A stretch of 44,197 nucleotides of DNA from Dehalococcoidia bacterium (GTDB lineage: Bacteria > Chloroflexota > Dehalococcoidia > Lucifugimonadales > Lucifugimonadaceae). Below are positions 34,647 to 43,971 of the stretch, one piece after another (position 1 is the first letter of the stretch; the number at the start of each line of letters is the position of its first letter). The translations under genes were made by a program, and so were the position numbers. The notes below the pieces were generated by a model that had not been told where the DNA came from, did no database searches, and was given only the letters and a program-made list of their open reading frames with translations. The DNA is taken from the NCBI GenBank assembly GCA_014239685.1, contig JAAZYK010000001.1, positions 1 to 44,197 of the forward strand, given 5' to 3'.

Positions 34647-35827
34647 CGAGCCACCCTAGATGCGAGAAGAGCATCTATAGCGGACTCATCAAGACCGGCG
34701 AAATCGCGCAACACCTCTGCTGTGTGCTCCCCCGGACCCGGTGCCCCCTGATTTAGATGCGCCGGCGTTGCGCTCATCTGGAATGCCGGGCCGGGGTGCT
34801 GTGGGCCACTGTTTTCCGGGGCGCGAAAGAACCCTCGTTCCTTCAGGTGCACGTTTTCAGACAACTCGTCGGTTTCGAGCACCGGTCCGGCGATCACACG
34901 CAATGCTGCCAGAGTGTCGAATAGGTCCATCTTGTTCCACTGCGCAAGCTTTTCCTGGGCACGGTCCACGTACTCGTCGGCATGCTCCTTCCTGTACCAA
35001 CTCGTGCCCCAGCGCGGGTCATTTGCCAGGTCGTCCAATCCGAGGACGTTCATAGCGTCACGCCAGAAATGCGGACGACTGATGGTGAGGGCGAAGTGGC
35101 CGTCTTTGACCGGCACTGGACCAGTGGACATATCCACTTTCGTCTTCCTGGGTTGTGGCTCACGCTGATATTGGCTGGTCAGTAGGGCAGGACCAAATGT
35201 TGAAGTCATCACCTCAAGCTCAGACACATCAATGAACTGTCCAAGCAAGGGGTTTTGATTGCAACTTGCGAGAAGAGCGCTCACGATCGAGGCGTATGCA
35301 ACCGTTCCGGCGCAGTAGGACGACTGAAGCCCGCTCGGCTTTAGTGGGGGCCTACCCGCAAGCCCGTTGATCGAAGCCCAACCGGACAGGGCTGCGGTGG
35401 TGAGATCGTTGCCGGGGTGTTTGGATCGCGCTCCGGTTGATCCATGCGGCGTGATCGAACAAATGACTATTCCTGGATTCAATTTCAGTAGAGAGTTGAA
35501 GTCGAGTCCACAGGTTTCCATCTCGGCCTGCGTCCCGGAGCATACCAACACGTCGGCACTCGCCACGGCCGCCCGAACCGCCGAGATGCCATCTGATGAT
35601 TTGAACTCTAGGATGGCCGAACGCCGATCGGCAAGGACGTACTCGGCGATCACGCTGTTCCCGGTGTCGTCGAACGGCCCGAGACGCCGCACAGGATGGC
35701 CGTCAGCATCCTCGAAGAGCGCCACGTCCGCTCCGAAATCGGCCAGCATTCGGGCGCACCATGCGGCAGATACGGAAGTCGAAAGGTCGACCACCCGTAT
35801 TCCGTGCAATGCCGAGTTCGTAATCAT
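34643..35827 (-). CDS. Family III CoA-transferase (Asp-containing)
   Basis: LHGIRVVDLSTSVSAAWCARMLADFGADV, ITPHGSTG, HPGNDLTTAALSGW. Confidence 0.88.
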   Translation of the reverse strand: MITNSALHGIRVVDLSTSVSAAWCARMLADFGADVALFEDADGHPVRRLGPFDDTGNSVIAEYVLADRRSAILEFKSSDGISAVRAAVASADVLVCSGTQAEMETCGLDFNSLLKLNPGIVICSITPHGSTGARSKHPGNDLTTAALSGWASINGLAGRPPLKPSGLQSSYCAGTVAYASIVSALLASCNQNPLLGQFIDVSELEVMTSTFGPALLTSQYQREPQPRKTKVDMSTGPVPVKDGHFALTISRPHFWRDAMNVLGLDDLANDPRWGTSWYRKEHADEYVDRAQEKLAQWNKMDLFDTLAALRVIAGPVLETDELSENVHLKERGFFRAPENSGPQHPGPAFQMSATPAHLNQGAPGPGEHTAEVLRDFAGLDESAIDALLASRVAR

Positions 35828-35864
35828 CGGGCCTTCCGGGCCGTATGCCAGTGCGTTTCTAAAC

Positions 35865-36662
35865 CTACCAGTTCGGATAAGCGTGCCGGGATATGACCGA
35901 CATTCCGGCGTCTACAGACAGCACGTGTCCCGTTATCCAGCGGGCATCGTCGCTCGCCAGGAACAGGGCGGCGTTACCTACGTCCCACGCCGTGCCTTCG
36001 GTCCCGAGCATCGTGGAGTTTCGTCGATGCTGTCGCATATCTGAGTCCAATCGGTACTCAACCATTGGCGTGAAAACGACTCCAGGCGCAACGCAGTTGA
36101 CCCGTATTCCCTCTCGCCCATGATCGCCTGCCATGGCAATAGTCAGTCCGATAACCGCCGCTTTTGAGGTCGTATAAGCGGCGTCTCCGATAGCCTCGAT
36201 ACCGGCCCCAGAGGAAATGTTCACGATCGACCCGCCGCCGGTCTCGATCATGCGCGGGATGGCGTGCCGGGAGGTGAGCACCATGCTCCGGACATTGGTG
36301 CTCTGCACCTTGTCCCAATCGTCCATATCGATCTCGGGCACAGTTTTGCGGAGGCTGATGCCGACATTGTTATCGAGCACGTCTAACCGGCCGTAGCGCT
36401 CCACTGCGGTGTCTACCATGGACTTGCAGTCTTCCTCGTTTGTGACGTCCGCCTGGAACGTACTGGCGATCCCACCCTCGGCCTCGATCATGGCGAGCGT
36501 CTCTTCTGCGCGCTCAATTTGCGCATCTACGAGTAGAACGCTTGCGCCCTCGCGTGCAAAAAGCACTGCGGTTGCCTTGCCGTTGCCGACGCCCGGCCCC
36601 CGAGAGCCCGCGCCTGTCACGATCGCGACCTTCCCTTCAAGCCGACCTAAACGTTCAGCCAT
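35865..36662 (-). CDS. Short-chain dehydrogenase/reductase (SDR)
   Basis: ORF to 36680 trimmed to the ATG at 36662 (AGGAG 8 nt upstream). VTGAGSRGPGVGNGKA, NNVG, YTTSKAA catalytic Y-x3-K. Confidence 0.88.
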   Translation of the reverse strand: MAERLGRLEGKVAIVTGAGSRGPGVGNGKATAVLFAREGASVLLVDAQIERAEETLAMIEAEGGIASTFQADVTNEEDCKSMVDTAVERYGRLDVLDNNVGISLRKTVPEIDMDDWDKVQSTNVRSMVLTSRHAIPRMIETGGGSIVNISSGAGIEAIGDAAYTTSKAAVIGLTIAMAGDHGREGIRVNCVAPGVVFTPMVEYRLDSDMRQHRRNSTMLGTEGTAWDVGNAALFLASDDARWITGHVLSVDAGMSVISRHAYPNW

Positions 36663-36696
36663 GTATTTATCTCCTGCCATCTAGAATTGCGCCAGA

Positions 36697-37044
36697 TCAG
36701 TCAAGCGTCACGAAGATACTACGGCGCATCTCGCCGTTAACCGCTCGGCTGATGTGGCCGTGGCCGTGCGTGTCTTCCGCGAGCAATATTTCTCCCGCCG
36801 GGATCAAGCGTTTAGAGCCGTCTCCGACCTCGATCTCCACTCCCCCGGATAGGTTGATTATGTATTGCCGACGGGGAGCCGTGTGAAAGTCTAGATCGTA
36901 ATCGGGACTGGTCTCTCTGAAGATGATTTTCGTAACGTCCTGCGGCTCGGAGAGTGCCCCGGTCACTGTTGGGCTGAGTTCGATATCAAGGTCCTCGAAG
37001 TGGGATTCGCCATCATCACCTGTGTAAACGCGCGTGATCTTCAT
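36697..37044 (-). CDS. Cupin-domain protein
   Basis: 115 aa. HTAPRRQYIINLSGGVEIEV...GEILLAEDTHGHGH cupin motifs. Confidence 0.7.
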   Translation of the reverse strand: MKITRVYTGDDGESHFEDLDIELSPTVTGALSEPQDVTKIIFRETSPDYDLDFHTAPRRQYIINLSGGVEIEVGDGSKRLIPAGEILLAEDTHGHGHISRAVNGEMRRSIFVTLD

Positions 37045-37098
37045 TGAACTAATTATTCCTTCCAGTTAGTAATCGAAGCCCCCCTCCCAACTAAAACC

Positions 37099-37905
37099 TC
37101 ATACCGGCTCTACAGCTGCCAATCGCGTCTTCGTAGCCTCATCCGCAAACCGCTCTACCGCTTCCACGTCGTTGAAGATGCCACCGGTGCATGAATCAAC
37201 CGTCTGCATCGCAAGCAACGTGGCCGCTTCGACATAGCTGTCGGGTGGAGGCATCTTGTTGTGCGGAGTGCTGCCGCCCACTTGGCCTGGAGCGCGTCCG
37301 AAACGGATGCCGGGAGTGTCAATACCGCCAACTGGTTTCAGGGCGTTCACCACAATCCCGTCGTCCTTCATATCGTTCGCAAGCCCTCGCGTCATCGCCT
37401 CGATCGCAAGCTTAGTGGCACCGTAGTGCGAGAGACCGCGATCCGCCGCTACCGATGAGATGTTGATGATGTTGCCGCTCTTCTGCTCCACCATCGCAGG
37501 GAGCACAGCACGCGAGCAGTGGAAGGGGCCGTGGACGTTAATCTTGAACTCTAGTTCCCAGTGCCGTGGCTGAATGGTGTTGATGTATCCGGGCGGTTGC
37601 ACCGCTGCGTTGTTCATCAGAATGTCGATACGACCGTATTTGGCCAGAACGGTGTCGACCATCCCCTGGATTGACTCCACATCACCGACGTTGCAGACCA
37701 CAGCAAACGCTTCTCCGCCTTCTTCTTCGATCATGCGTACGGTGTCGTGTATGGTGCCCGGAAGTCGCGGGTCCCGTTCCTGCTCAGTCCGTGCTGCGAC
37801 GATCACCTTTGCCCCTTCTCTGGCGTATTGCACTGCGCAGTACTGACCAAGGCCCCGGCTTGCACCGGTCACGATGGCGATTTTTCCGTCTAGTCTTCCG
37901 GCCAT
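37099..37905 (-). CDS. Short-chain dehydrogenase/reductase (SDR)
   Basis: VTGASRGLGQYCA, NNAA, YGATKLA Y-x3-K. Confidence 0.88.
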   Translation of the reverse strand: MAGRLDGKIAIVTGASRGLGQYCAVQYAREGAKVIVAARTEQERDPRLPGTIHDTVRMIEEEGGEAFAVVCNVGDVESIQGMVDTVLAKYGRIDILMNNAAVQPPGYINTIQPRHWELEFKINVHGPFHCSRAVLPAMVEQKSGNIINISSVAADRGLSHYGATKLAIEAMTRGLANDMKDDGIVVNALKPVGGIDTPGIRFGRAPGQVGGSTPHNKMPPPDSYVEAATLLAMQTVDSCTGGIFNDVEAVERFADEATKTRLAAVEPV

Positions 37906-37991
37906 ATCTTTCTCCCGTTATTGAGTTTCCTGAATGGTGTCGGACAGTGTCACCGTCCGCGCATTTTCGTTCACTTGGTAGAGGGCATAAC

Positions 37992-38927
37992 TTACGTCGC
38001 GAAGCGCTCCATCCGACCCAATGTCTCGTCCGGCGTCGAACCGGTAAGCCCGACGATCAGATGTCGCACGCCAAGTGATTCAAATTCACGTATGTCGGCG
38101 ACGACCTGGTCCGGTGTTCCGGTGAACACCATCCGTCCGCCATCACGTCCGCTCTTCTCTCCACGATCGTCATACCAGCCTGCGCTATACCCAAAGTCGA
38201 TCGACGCTGGGTCTCTTCCTGCCTCTTCGGCGTGTCTGCGCACGGTCGCAATACCTTCTGCGAGTCGTTCGGGTGTATCCATAGGGAAGGCGGGGTTACT
38301 GCCGATTGGATACCAGGCATCGCCAAGCTGACCGGCGCGTCTTAACGCAGGTGGGCTCTCTCCTCCGACCCAGATCGGTGGGTGGGGATCCTGCATTGGC
38401 TTCGGGTAGAAGCTCATTCCGGAAATCTGGGCGTAAGTCCCGTTGTACTCCGGTGTGTCGCTCGTCCACATCTCCTTGAAGGCCCCGATGTACTCATTGG
38501 CGACGGAACCACGATGTTCGTACGGCGCCGTGTCCAATGCCTCAAACTCTTCCTGCATCCAGCCAGCACCAACGCCGACTATCAGCCGACCCCGTGACAA
38601 AACGTCCAAGGATGCCAGTATCTTTGCCGCCAATACCGGAGGCCGATGGGGTAGGACCATGACCGATGTCATGACCTTGATGCTGGCGGTGTGGGCGGCG
38701 AGAAACATCGCCACCGTCAACTGCTCTAGGCACTCACCGGCATCAACCCCGGAGAACGCGCCGTCCTCGCTGTACGGGTAGATCGATTGCACTTCCTTTG
38801 GGATTATGACGTGATCGGACACCGTCACGACGCCGAATCCCAGTGATTCTCCGTGCTTGACCTGGCGCTCCAGGAACTCCGGCGCGGCTGCGTCACCACG
38901 CATCGCAACTCCGAATCCAAACTCCAT
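37992..38927 (-). CDS. Luciferase-like monooxygenase (LLM) class, probably F420-dependent oxidoreductase
   Basis: 311 aa. GFGVVTVSDHVI, LDVLSRGRLIVGVGAGW, HPPIWVGG. GGGGAG SD. Confidence 0.8.
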   Translation of the reverse strand: MEFGFGVAMRGDAAAPEFLERQVKHGESLGFGVVTVSDHVIIPKEVQSIYPYSEDGAFSGVDAGECLEQLTVAMFLAAHTASIKVMTSVMVLPHRPPVLAAKILASLDVLSRGRLIVGVGAGWMQEEFEALDTAPYEHRGSVANEYIGAFKEMWTSDTPEYNGTYAQISGMSFYPKPMQDPHPPIWVGGESPPALRRAGQLGDAWYPIGSNPAFPMDTPERLAEGIATVRRHAEEAGRDPASIDFGYSAGWYDDRGEKSGRDGGRMVFTGTPDQVVADIREFESLGVRHLIVGLTGSTPDETLGRMERFAT

Positions 38928-39046
38928 ATAGATGGCTCCCCAAGTCTGGAAATGTGTGCCGGAACGGGTGATCGTAGATCACAGATTGGCGGAAGCATAA
39001 CCCGGCTTGCGATATCCCGGGGGGTCTGGAACGCTACGGAATGGTG

Positions 39047-40192
39047 TTATACGTCGGGATCGGCCCCATCCGAAGTAACCTCCGCTGCGATCAAAGCGTC
39101 GATCTCGGCCTCTGTGCGACCCAGTTCGCCAAGAATTGGACGTGTATGTTGTCCTGCGAGTGGGGGGCCGAAAGTCGCTCCGCGTCCTGCACCTGAAAAC
39201 ACGATAGGCGTGTTGATAGCCCGTAGCGAACCGTCCAACGGGTCCTCGGTTTCAACGATCATCCCGCGCTCGGCGAAGTAGGGGTGGTCAACGGCGTCCG
39301 GCATCGACTTTGACACGCCATAAGGAGCGCCGGCCGCCTCAAGGCCTGCCGCTGCATCCGCCGCAGTGTGCTCGCGTACCCATGCCCCCACAAGCGCATT
39401 CGCTTCGTCCGGCGATTCCGGCATGGTCACTCCGGAATGTCCCAGACCTTCGGCTATCCGCTCCCAGTTGCGTGCCCCGCCAATGTTGATCGTTAGATGA
39501 CCGTCTTTGGCCACGTGCAGCGGATGCCGGAACGGCTTCCAGTCGTCGACTCCGACACCGCTAAGTGGAGCCGCAGCGACCTCGTTCAGAATGGATAGCT
39601 GAGCGTCCATCAGGGACACATCGACCCGCTGTCCCTGCCCGGTGTTTTCACGATCATATAAAGCCGCCAGAATTCCAGAGAAACACGATAAGCCCGCCGC
39701 CATATCCGCGATGGTGATGCCGGGGGCAAATGGTTCACCGGTTCCCGCCGCCTGTTGCTGCACCCACACCCACCCGGCTTCGGCGTGCGCCGTCGCCCCG
39801 TACGCACGTCGGTGCGCGTATGTACCCGACTGACCGAACCCTGAAATCGACGCGAACACAAGTCGATGATGATCTGCCTTCAGGTCGTCATACCCGAGTC
39901 CCAGACGGTCCATGACACCGGGGGAGAAGTTCTCAACCACGACATCTGCCAGCGCCACAAGTTCGTGGGCTATCTTGATACCTTCAGGATGCTTCAGGTC
40001 GAGTGTGATGGATCTCTTGCCCATGTTGTTGCCGGCGCTTCCGGATGTTCGGGTCGTGGGAGACTCCGGGATGGCATCAATTTTAAAGACGTTCGCTCCC
40101 ATATCGGCCAGCATCCGGGTGCAGTAGGGTCCGGCAATCACTCTTGTAAAATCCAGGACACTAACGCCCTCAAGAATCCGTCGGCCGTTCAT
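39047..40192 (-). CDS. Family III CoA-transferase-fold protein lacking the expected catalytic Asp
   Basis: ORF to 40306 trimmed to the ATG at 40192 (MNGRRILEGVSVLDFTRVIAGPYCTRMLADMGANVFKID). ISGFGQSG, then RRAYGATAHAEAGW (Gly at the expected Asp position). Confidence 0.85.
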   Translation of the reverse strand: MNGRRILEGVSVLDFTRVIAGPYCTRMLADMGANVFKIDAIPESPTTRTSGSAGNNMGKRSITLDLKHPEGIKIAHELVALADVVVENFSPGVMDRLGLGYDDLKADHHRLVFASISGFGQSGTYAHRRAYGATAHAEAGWVWVQQQAAGTGEPFAPGITIADMAAGLSCFSGILAALYDRENTGQGQRVDVSLMDAQLSILNEVAAAPLSGVGVDDWKPFRHPLHVAKDGHLTINIGGARNWERIAEGLGHSGVTMPESPDEANALVGAWVREHTAADAAAGLEAAGAPYGVSKSMPDAVDHPYFAERGMIVETEDPLDGSLRAINTPIVFSGAGRGATFGPPLAGQHTRPILGELGRTEAEIDALIAAEVTSDGADPDV

Positions 40193-40256
40193 GCTCAACC
40201 TCTCGCCAACGCCAGTGGCGTTTGTATGTTGATGTCGAAATAGATTGAAGTACTGA

Positions 40257-40769
40257 CTACGAGCGCCCGTCCAGCACCAGTGCCCAGGCGAGCGCCACGA
40301 AAGCAATCGTCGAAGTCACCACACGTATGTGGTTCCAGTTAATCCATCGTCTCTCATTGAACCGTTTGCGTACCCCGGCGAGGTCGATAATTTCGTTTGG
40401 GCTCCCGGCATCTTTTATGGCGTTGTTGAGTGGGACGTTGACCACGATGGTCGTGGCAACGATCACCAGTTGCAAAACAAGTGCCCCAACTATCCAGAGA
40501 AGGGTTGTTCCTTCTTCGATGCCCACGTGAAAAACGGCGGCCAGCGCAGTGAAAACAAGTGCTCCCACGAAGAAGACGATCAAGTACGGCCCAACGATGG
40601 CCTTATCGATCTGCTGGAAAGCGCCAACGAAGGTTCGATCGTCAGTTTTACTCAGGCCAGGCATGATTACGAAGGAATATAGCTGGTAGACGCCTGCAGA
40701 TATTCCCATCGTGATTACTGCCGCTAGAAGCGATATCGTTCGAAGATTCTCCAAGTTAGATACTCTCAA
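40257..40769 (-). CDS. DUF1772 (anthrone-oxygenase-like) integral membrane protein
   Basis: 170 aa, 4 predicted TM segments, NVPLNNAI motif. TTG start is uncertain. Confidence 0.7.
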   Translation of the reverse strand: MRVSNLENLRTISLLAAVITMGISAGVYQLYSFVIMPGLSKTDDRTFVGAFQQIDKAIVGPYLIVFFVGALVFTALAAVFHVGIEEGTTLLWIVGALVLQLVIVATTIVVNVPLNNAIKDAGSPNEIIDLAGVRKRFNERRWINWNHIRVVTSTIAFVALAWALVLDGRS

Positions 40770-40920
40770 ATTCCTTTATTGCCCGTACTGGGCCTCATAT
40801 GAAGTATCGGGTGTTAGCGATTGCCTGTCATCAGACGAGATGAACCGGATCGCCACTTACGGACGGTTACCTTCGGGTGCAAAATGGTCCAGGTTGAAAG
40901 CTAATTCATGAAAGTGATCG

Positions 40921-41886
40921 ATGACGCAATCATCAGGAAACGGCAGGTCTGGCGTCCTCGCACTGGCGGGCGGGGTCGGCGGTGCGAAACTGGCGGTCGG
41001 GTTGGCCAGAATTCTCAATCCGAACGCCCTAACTATAGTTGTGAATACAGGTGATGATGAGACCTTTTACGGCCTGCATATATCGCCCGATATCGACACC
41101 GTCACATATTCCTTGGCTGGCCTGGCAAACCCCGATACGGGCTGGGGTTTTGCAGGCGACACGTTCAACGCGCTCGAAACGTTGAAAACACTTGGCGCAG
41201 ACGCTTGGTTCGGGCTCGGCGATCACGACCTTGCACTGCACCTGCGCCGCACAGACATGCTGCGGAGCGGAATGACACTTTCTGAGGTAACACTTGATCT
41301 GGCGAGACGGATGGGCGTGCGTCATCCGGTCATTCCCATGAGCGACGAGCCGGTCAGGACCATTATTAAATCGACCGATGGCGAAATGTCGTTTCAGGAG
41401 TACTTTGTTCATCGCAGGTCGGAGCCAGAAGTGATCGGATTAACGTTCGAGGGGGCTGATTCAGCAAATGCATCGCCGGTGTTTCAGAGGGCGCTTGAGA
41501 ACGTAGAAGCGATCGTATTTTGCCCGTCCAACCCGTTCCTCAGCGTCGACCCCATATTGGCGTTGCCGGACGTGAGGGAAATGATTGTCGCTTCGGACGT
41601 GCCGCGCGTGATAGTAAGCCCGATAATCGGTGGTAGGGCGGTCAAAGGTCCGGCGGCACGGATATTTGAGACGTTTGCGCACAAGCCGCCGAGCGCGCTG
41701 GCCGTGGCCGAGCACTATGAAGGAATGGCGACGCATTTCGTGATGGATAACGAGGATGCGGCAAGTCGTGGCGCCGTTGAGGCCCTTGGATATCAAGTCC
41801 TTGTGACAGAGACTCTCATGATTGAAGACACACACAAAATCGCCCTTTCGACGGCCGTATGCAAAATGGCCGGGGTGTCGATCTGA
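40921..41886 (+). CDS. cofD: 2-phospho-L-lactate transferase (F420 biosynthesis)
   Basis: VLALAGGVGGAKLAVGL, VVNTGDD, SNPFLSVDPILALP, VSPIIGG. Confidence 0.9.
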   Translation: MTQSSGNGRSGVLALAGGVGGAKLAVGLARILNPNALTIVVNTGDDETFYGLHISPDIDTVTYSLAGLANPDTGWGFAGDTFNALETLKTLGADAWFGLGDHDLALHLRRTDMLRSGMTLSEVTLDLARRMGVRHPVIPMSDEPVRTIIKSTDGEMSFQEYFVHRRSEPEVIGLTFEGADSANASPVFQRALENVEAIVFCPSNPFLSVDPILALPDVREMIVASDVPRVIVSPIIGGRAVKGPAARIFETFAHKPPSALAVAEHYEGMATHFVMDNEDAASRGAVEALGYQVLVTETLMIEDTHKIALSTAVCKMAGVSI

Positions 41887-41894
41887 GTTCGGAT

Positions 41895-42617
41895 ATGGAT
41901 CAGGGACGGATCAGGGCGATAGTGCCTATGAAGCCGATCACCGAGGGTAAGTCGCGCTTGGCCCCGATGCTGAATTCAGATCAGCGGGCGCTGTTGTCAT
42001 TAGCTATGTTGATACGGGTACTCGGTGTAGTCACTGCTACACCAGGGATTACAGATGTAGTTGTATATGGCGGGGACGATGCTGTTCGACGGGCCTGTGA
42101 GCGGGATGGAGCCGGTTGGTTGCCCGATCCTGGGCTTGGGCTGAACGGATGCCTGGCCGCCGGATTCTCCGATGCCATCGATGAGGGATTTACTCACGGC
42201 ATGTTTCTTCCGGCGGATATACCGCTTGTCACGCCTGAAGCTCTATCTATCCTGATCGAGGCTGGCCAGGACAAACATCTGGTCATCGCCCCGGATCTGG
42301 CGAATGACGGTACAAACGCACTACTGGTAAACCTGTCTACAACCTTTCCAACCTTGCTTGGCGAGGCTAGTTTTGATCGGCATATCGATCAGGCAAGGCA
42401 ACTCGGTATAAATTACGTCGATCACCGACCCGAGAGTTTCAGGTTAGAACTCGGGCTGGATATAGATACCGCCTCTGATATGGAACTGCTCATGGATCTA
42501 GTGCCAGCTCTCTGGATCGATCTTCGGCGTGAAATCCAGGTGGCTGGACTCGAAGGATTACTGCCAGAAACTTCCGGCAATTCAGTCAAAGAAACAGTAG
42601 AAGAAGGTACTGAATGA
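41895..42617 (+). CDS. cofC: 2-phospho-L-lactate (or PEP/3-PG) guanylyltransferase
   Basis: ORF 41859.. trimmed to the ATG at 41895. IVPMKPITEGKSRLAP, LPADIPLV, DGTNALL. About 240 aa, slightly longer than typical. Confidence 0.8.
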   Translation: MDQGRIRAIVPMKPITEGKSRLAPMLNSDQRALLSLAMLIRVLGVVTATPGITDVVVYGGDDAVRRACERDGAGWLPDPGLGLNGCLAAGFSDAIDEGFTHGMFLPADIPLVTPEALSILIEAGQDKHLVIAPDLANDGTNALLVNLSTTFPTLLGEASFDRHIDQARQLGINYVDHRPESFRLELGLDIDTASDMELLMDLVPALWIDLRREIQVAGLEGLLPETSGNSVKETVEEGTE

Positions 42618-43579
42618 CAGGTGACCGACCATTGTTGGGAATCGTTCTTCCGACTCGCGGAGTAGTTCTGGCCGGTGGCGACTCCCCGGACGCAGGACTT
42701 ATCGTAAAAATGGCGCGCCTTGCAGAAGATGCCGGGGTCGATTCAGTGTGGGTCGGAGACAGCCTGGTTGCCAAGCCCCGCCTGGAGCCGCTGGCTACTC
42801 TGGCTGCAGTGGCCGTATCTACCTCAAGAGTCCGGCTGGGCACGTCCGTACTACTGCCTGCACTGCGCCACCCTGTTTTGCTTGCGCAGACGGCCGCAAC
42901 GGTGGATCAGTTATCAGAAGGTCGGCTGACATTAGCAATGGGCGTAGGCGGCGCTTTTACCGATGCACAACAGAACGAATGGGCGACCGCTGGCGTGGAA
43001 AAACGGACCCGTGCAACTCGAGTGGAAGAGATTGTCGAGGTCATGCGAGGGTTGTGGTCCGGTGACCCCGTTACGTTCCACGGCAAGCACTTCGATTTCT
43101 ATGACGTGAGTCTCGGCTACCGTCCTTATCAGCGGCCCGGGGTACCGATCCTATTGGGCACTCACTCCGGAGAAGGCCGGGATCGGCAACCGGCACGTGC
43201 GGCTAGGCTTTCGGACGGGATAATTTCGATTTCAGACAGCCCGGAAGAGTTTGCATCTGTAAGGGCTAGGGTCGCCGAAGAGGCCGTCGCTATCTCGCGA
43301 TCGCCGGACGAGCTGAGGTCGGTCTATTACATGACCGTCAATCTGGACCCGGACGCTGCTCGCGGCAAAGAAGAAGGCGTGCGCTGGGTGACGGACTATT
43401 ACGGTTTGAACTTCTGGGGCGACCGTTGGGGACCGTACGGCGACACCGAGGGTGTTATCGAACGCATACGGAAGTTCGCCGCGGCGGGGGCCGACGAAGT
43501 GATCGTGCGGTTCGCGTCATACGACCAGCCCCGGCAGATGGAACTGTTTGCAGAGCGAGTCCTTCCGGCATTCCGCTGA
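42614..43579 (+). CDS. LLM-class, probably F420-dependent oxidoreductase
   Basis: ATG overlaps the cofC stop (ATGA). DSVWVGDSLVAKPRLEP, LSEGRLTLAMGVGG. Confidence 0.82.
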   Translation: MTGDRPLLGIVLPTRGVVLAGGDSPDAGLIVKMARLAEDAGVDSVWVGDSLVAKPRLEPLATLAAVAVSTSRVRLGTSVLLPALRHPVLLAQTAATVDQLSEGRLTLAMGVGGAFTDAQQNEWATAGVEKRTRATRVEEIVEVMRGLWSGDPVTFHGKHFDFYDVSLGYRPYQRPGVPILLGTHSGEGRDRQPARAARLSDGIISISDSPEEFASVRARVAEEAVAISRSPDELRSVYYMTVNLDPDAARGKEEGVRWVTDYYGLNFWGDRWGPYGDTEGVIERIRKFAAAGADEVIVRFASYDQPRQMELFAERVLPAFR

Positions 43580-43641
43580 CTGGAGAGTATGGTGAAGAGC
43601 CGAATCGATTGAACGGTTGAGATTGGTAGGTCGTTTAAAAC

Positions 43642-43971
43642 CTACGCGCCGCGTTGAACACGCTCGGAATGATGAATTCCACGGCCGCAGTTTTGGCAGA
43701 GCGTACCCAATAGAGCAGGGTCGACCTGATTCGGGCATTCGCAGGCATCACAATGACACCATGGCCAGCGATTATCTGTGGTGGCGCCATCGAGCGCAGA
43801 TTTCAGATCGCAAGCGATGTCGTGATAGCCGGTAGACTTGATGGCGCCACAGGATGGACAGCATGCGTCTCCGTCAGGCGTCCGACCTTCCCATTCAAGT
43901 CGTCGAACAACAGCGAGCAAATGGGAAAACGCCTCGTTTTGCGTGATACCAGAGGGCTGGTCTTCCGTCAT
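43642..43971 (-). CDS. Hypothetical Cys-rich small protein (zinc-ribbon-like CxxC pairs)
   Basis: CPSC, CHCDAC and CQNC motifs. ATG at 43971 with GAGG 6 nt upstream. No family recognised. Confidence 0.3.
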   Translation of the reverse strand: MTEDQPSGITQNEAFSHLLAVVRRLEWEGRTPDGDACCPSCGAIKSTGYHDIACDLKSALDGATTDNRWPWCHCDACECPNQVDPALLGTLCQNCGRGIHHSERVQRGA

